DNA of 24,000 nt, taken from Prosthecochloris vibrioformis (GTDB lineage Bacteria > Bacteroidota > JABWAT01). The stretch covers positions 284,706 through 308,705 of the forward strand of contig CALRWV020000001.1 in NCBI GenBank assembly GCA_943371965.1. The letters are read 5' to 3'. This document shows positions 23,872 to 24,000 of this stretch, one piece after another. Position numbers and translations under genes: made by a program. Each line of letters opens with the position of its first letter. Position 1 is the first letter of the stretch. The notes beneath the pieces were generated by a model, which worked only from the letters and a program-made list of their open reading frames with translations, made no database searches and had not been told where the DNA came from.

Positions 23872-24000
23872 GAAGCAAAGTTAGGATAATGAGCGGAGAA
23901 TTGAAAACAATGGGGGAATGAACAGATATGATAACAATAAATCTGCTCCTTAGGATGTCGGCAGAAAACCATAAGGCATATGCGGGAAATAATTTCATGG

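Noticed and set aside
23792-23998. 68-aa minus-strand ORF overlapping the hutI start
   Set aside because: It is out of frame with hutI and overlaps 80 nt of it. The HutI N-terminus from ATG 23871 looks complete, so this is likely spurious. A TAACTTTG string just upstream of the hutI ATG resembles a Bacteroidota -7 box, but it lies too close to the ATG to interpret.

Overview
AT-rich bacterial chromosome segment. Gene content looks FCB-group (Bacteroidota/Ignavibacteriota-like), but many genes carry Shine-Dalgarno-like motifs. All family calls come from reading motifs by eye; no homology search was run.

Layout:
(1) 1-6591, + strand: a complete cbb3-type cytochrome oxidase module. It contains the 3' end of ccoI, ccoS, fused ccoNO, a ccoQ-like gene, a monoheme ccoP, ccoG, a FixH-like gene and a DsbD_2/TauE-like membrane protein. 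ccoS and the ccoQ-like gene are real small genes missing from the ORF track.
(2) 6785-8926, +: a secreted GH97 alpha-glucosidase-like enzyme.
(3) 8930-9824: a DUF559 (Vsr-like PD-(D/E)xK) nuclease gene bracketed by two related, TIR-bounded, hairpin-rich MITE-like elements. This is the most unusual structure in the window. I propose it as a REPtron-like nuclease/repeat unit.
(4) 9858-17362, - strand: ten co-oriented ORFs. Nearly all have signal peptides, lipoboxes or TM segments, and none has an enzymatic signature I recognise. They include a lipidated stand-alone TonB-C domain, a small beta-barrel and an SH3b-like protein. Two show signs of decay. Composition is patchy and locally very AT-rich.
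(5) 17871-17926: another GC-rich double hairpin, at the end of a 549-bp noncoding spacer.
(6) 17936-21658, -: a stress/redox set with DUF1569, a Cys-rich lipoprotein, DinB, a cytochrome P460-like lipoprotein, an SDR/NmrA-like protein and DUF1801-YdeI.
(7) 21671-23871, -: hutG-hutI.

I recognised no rRNA, tRNA, CRISPR array, transposase or integrase.
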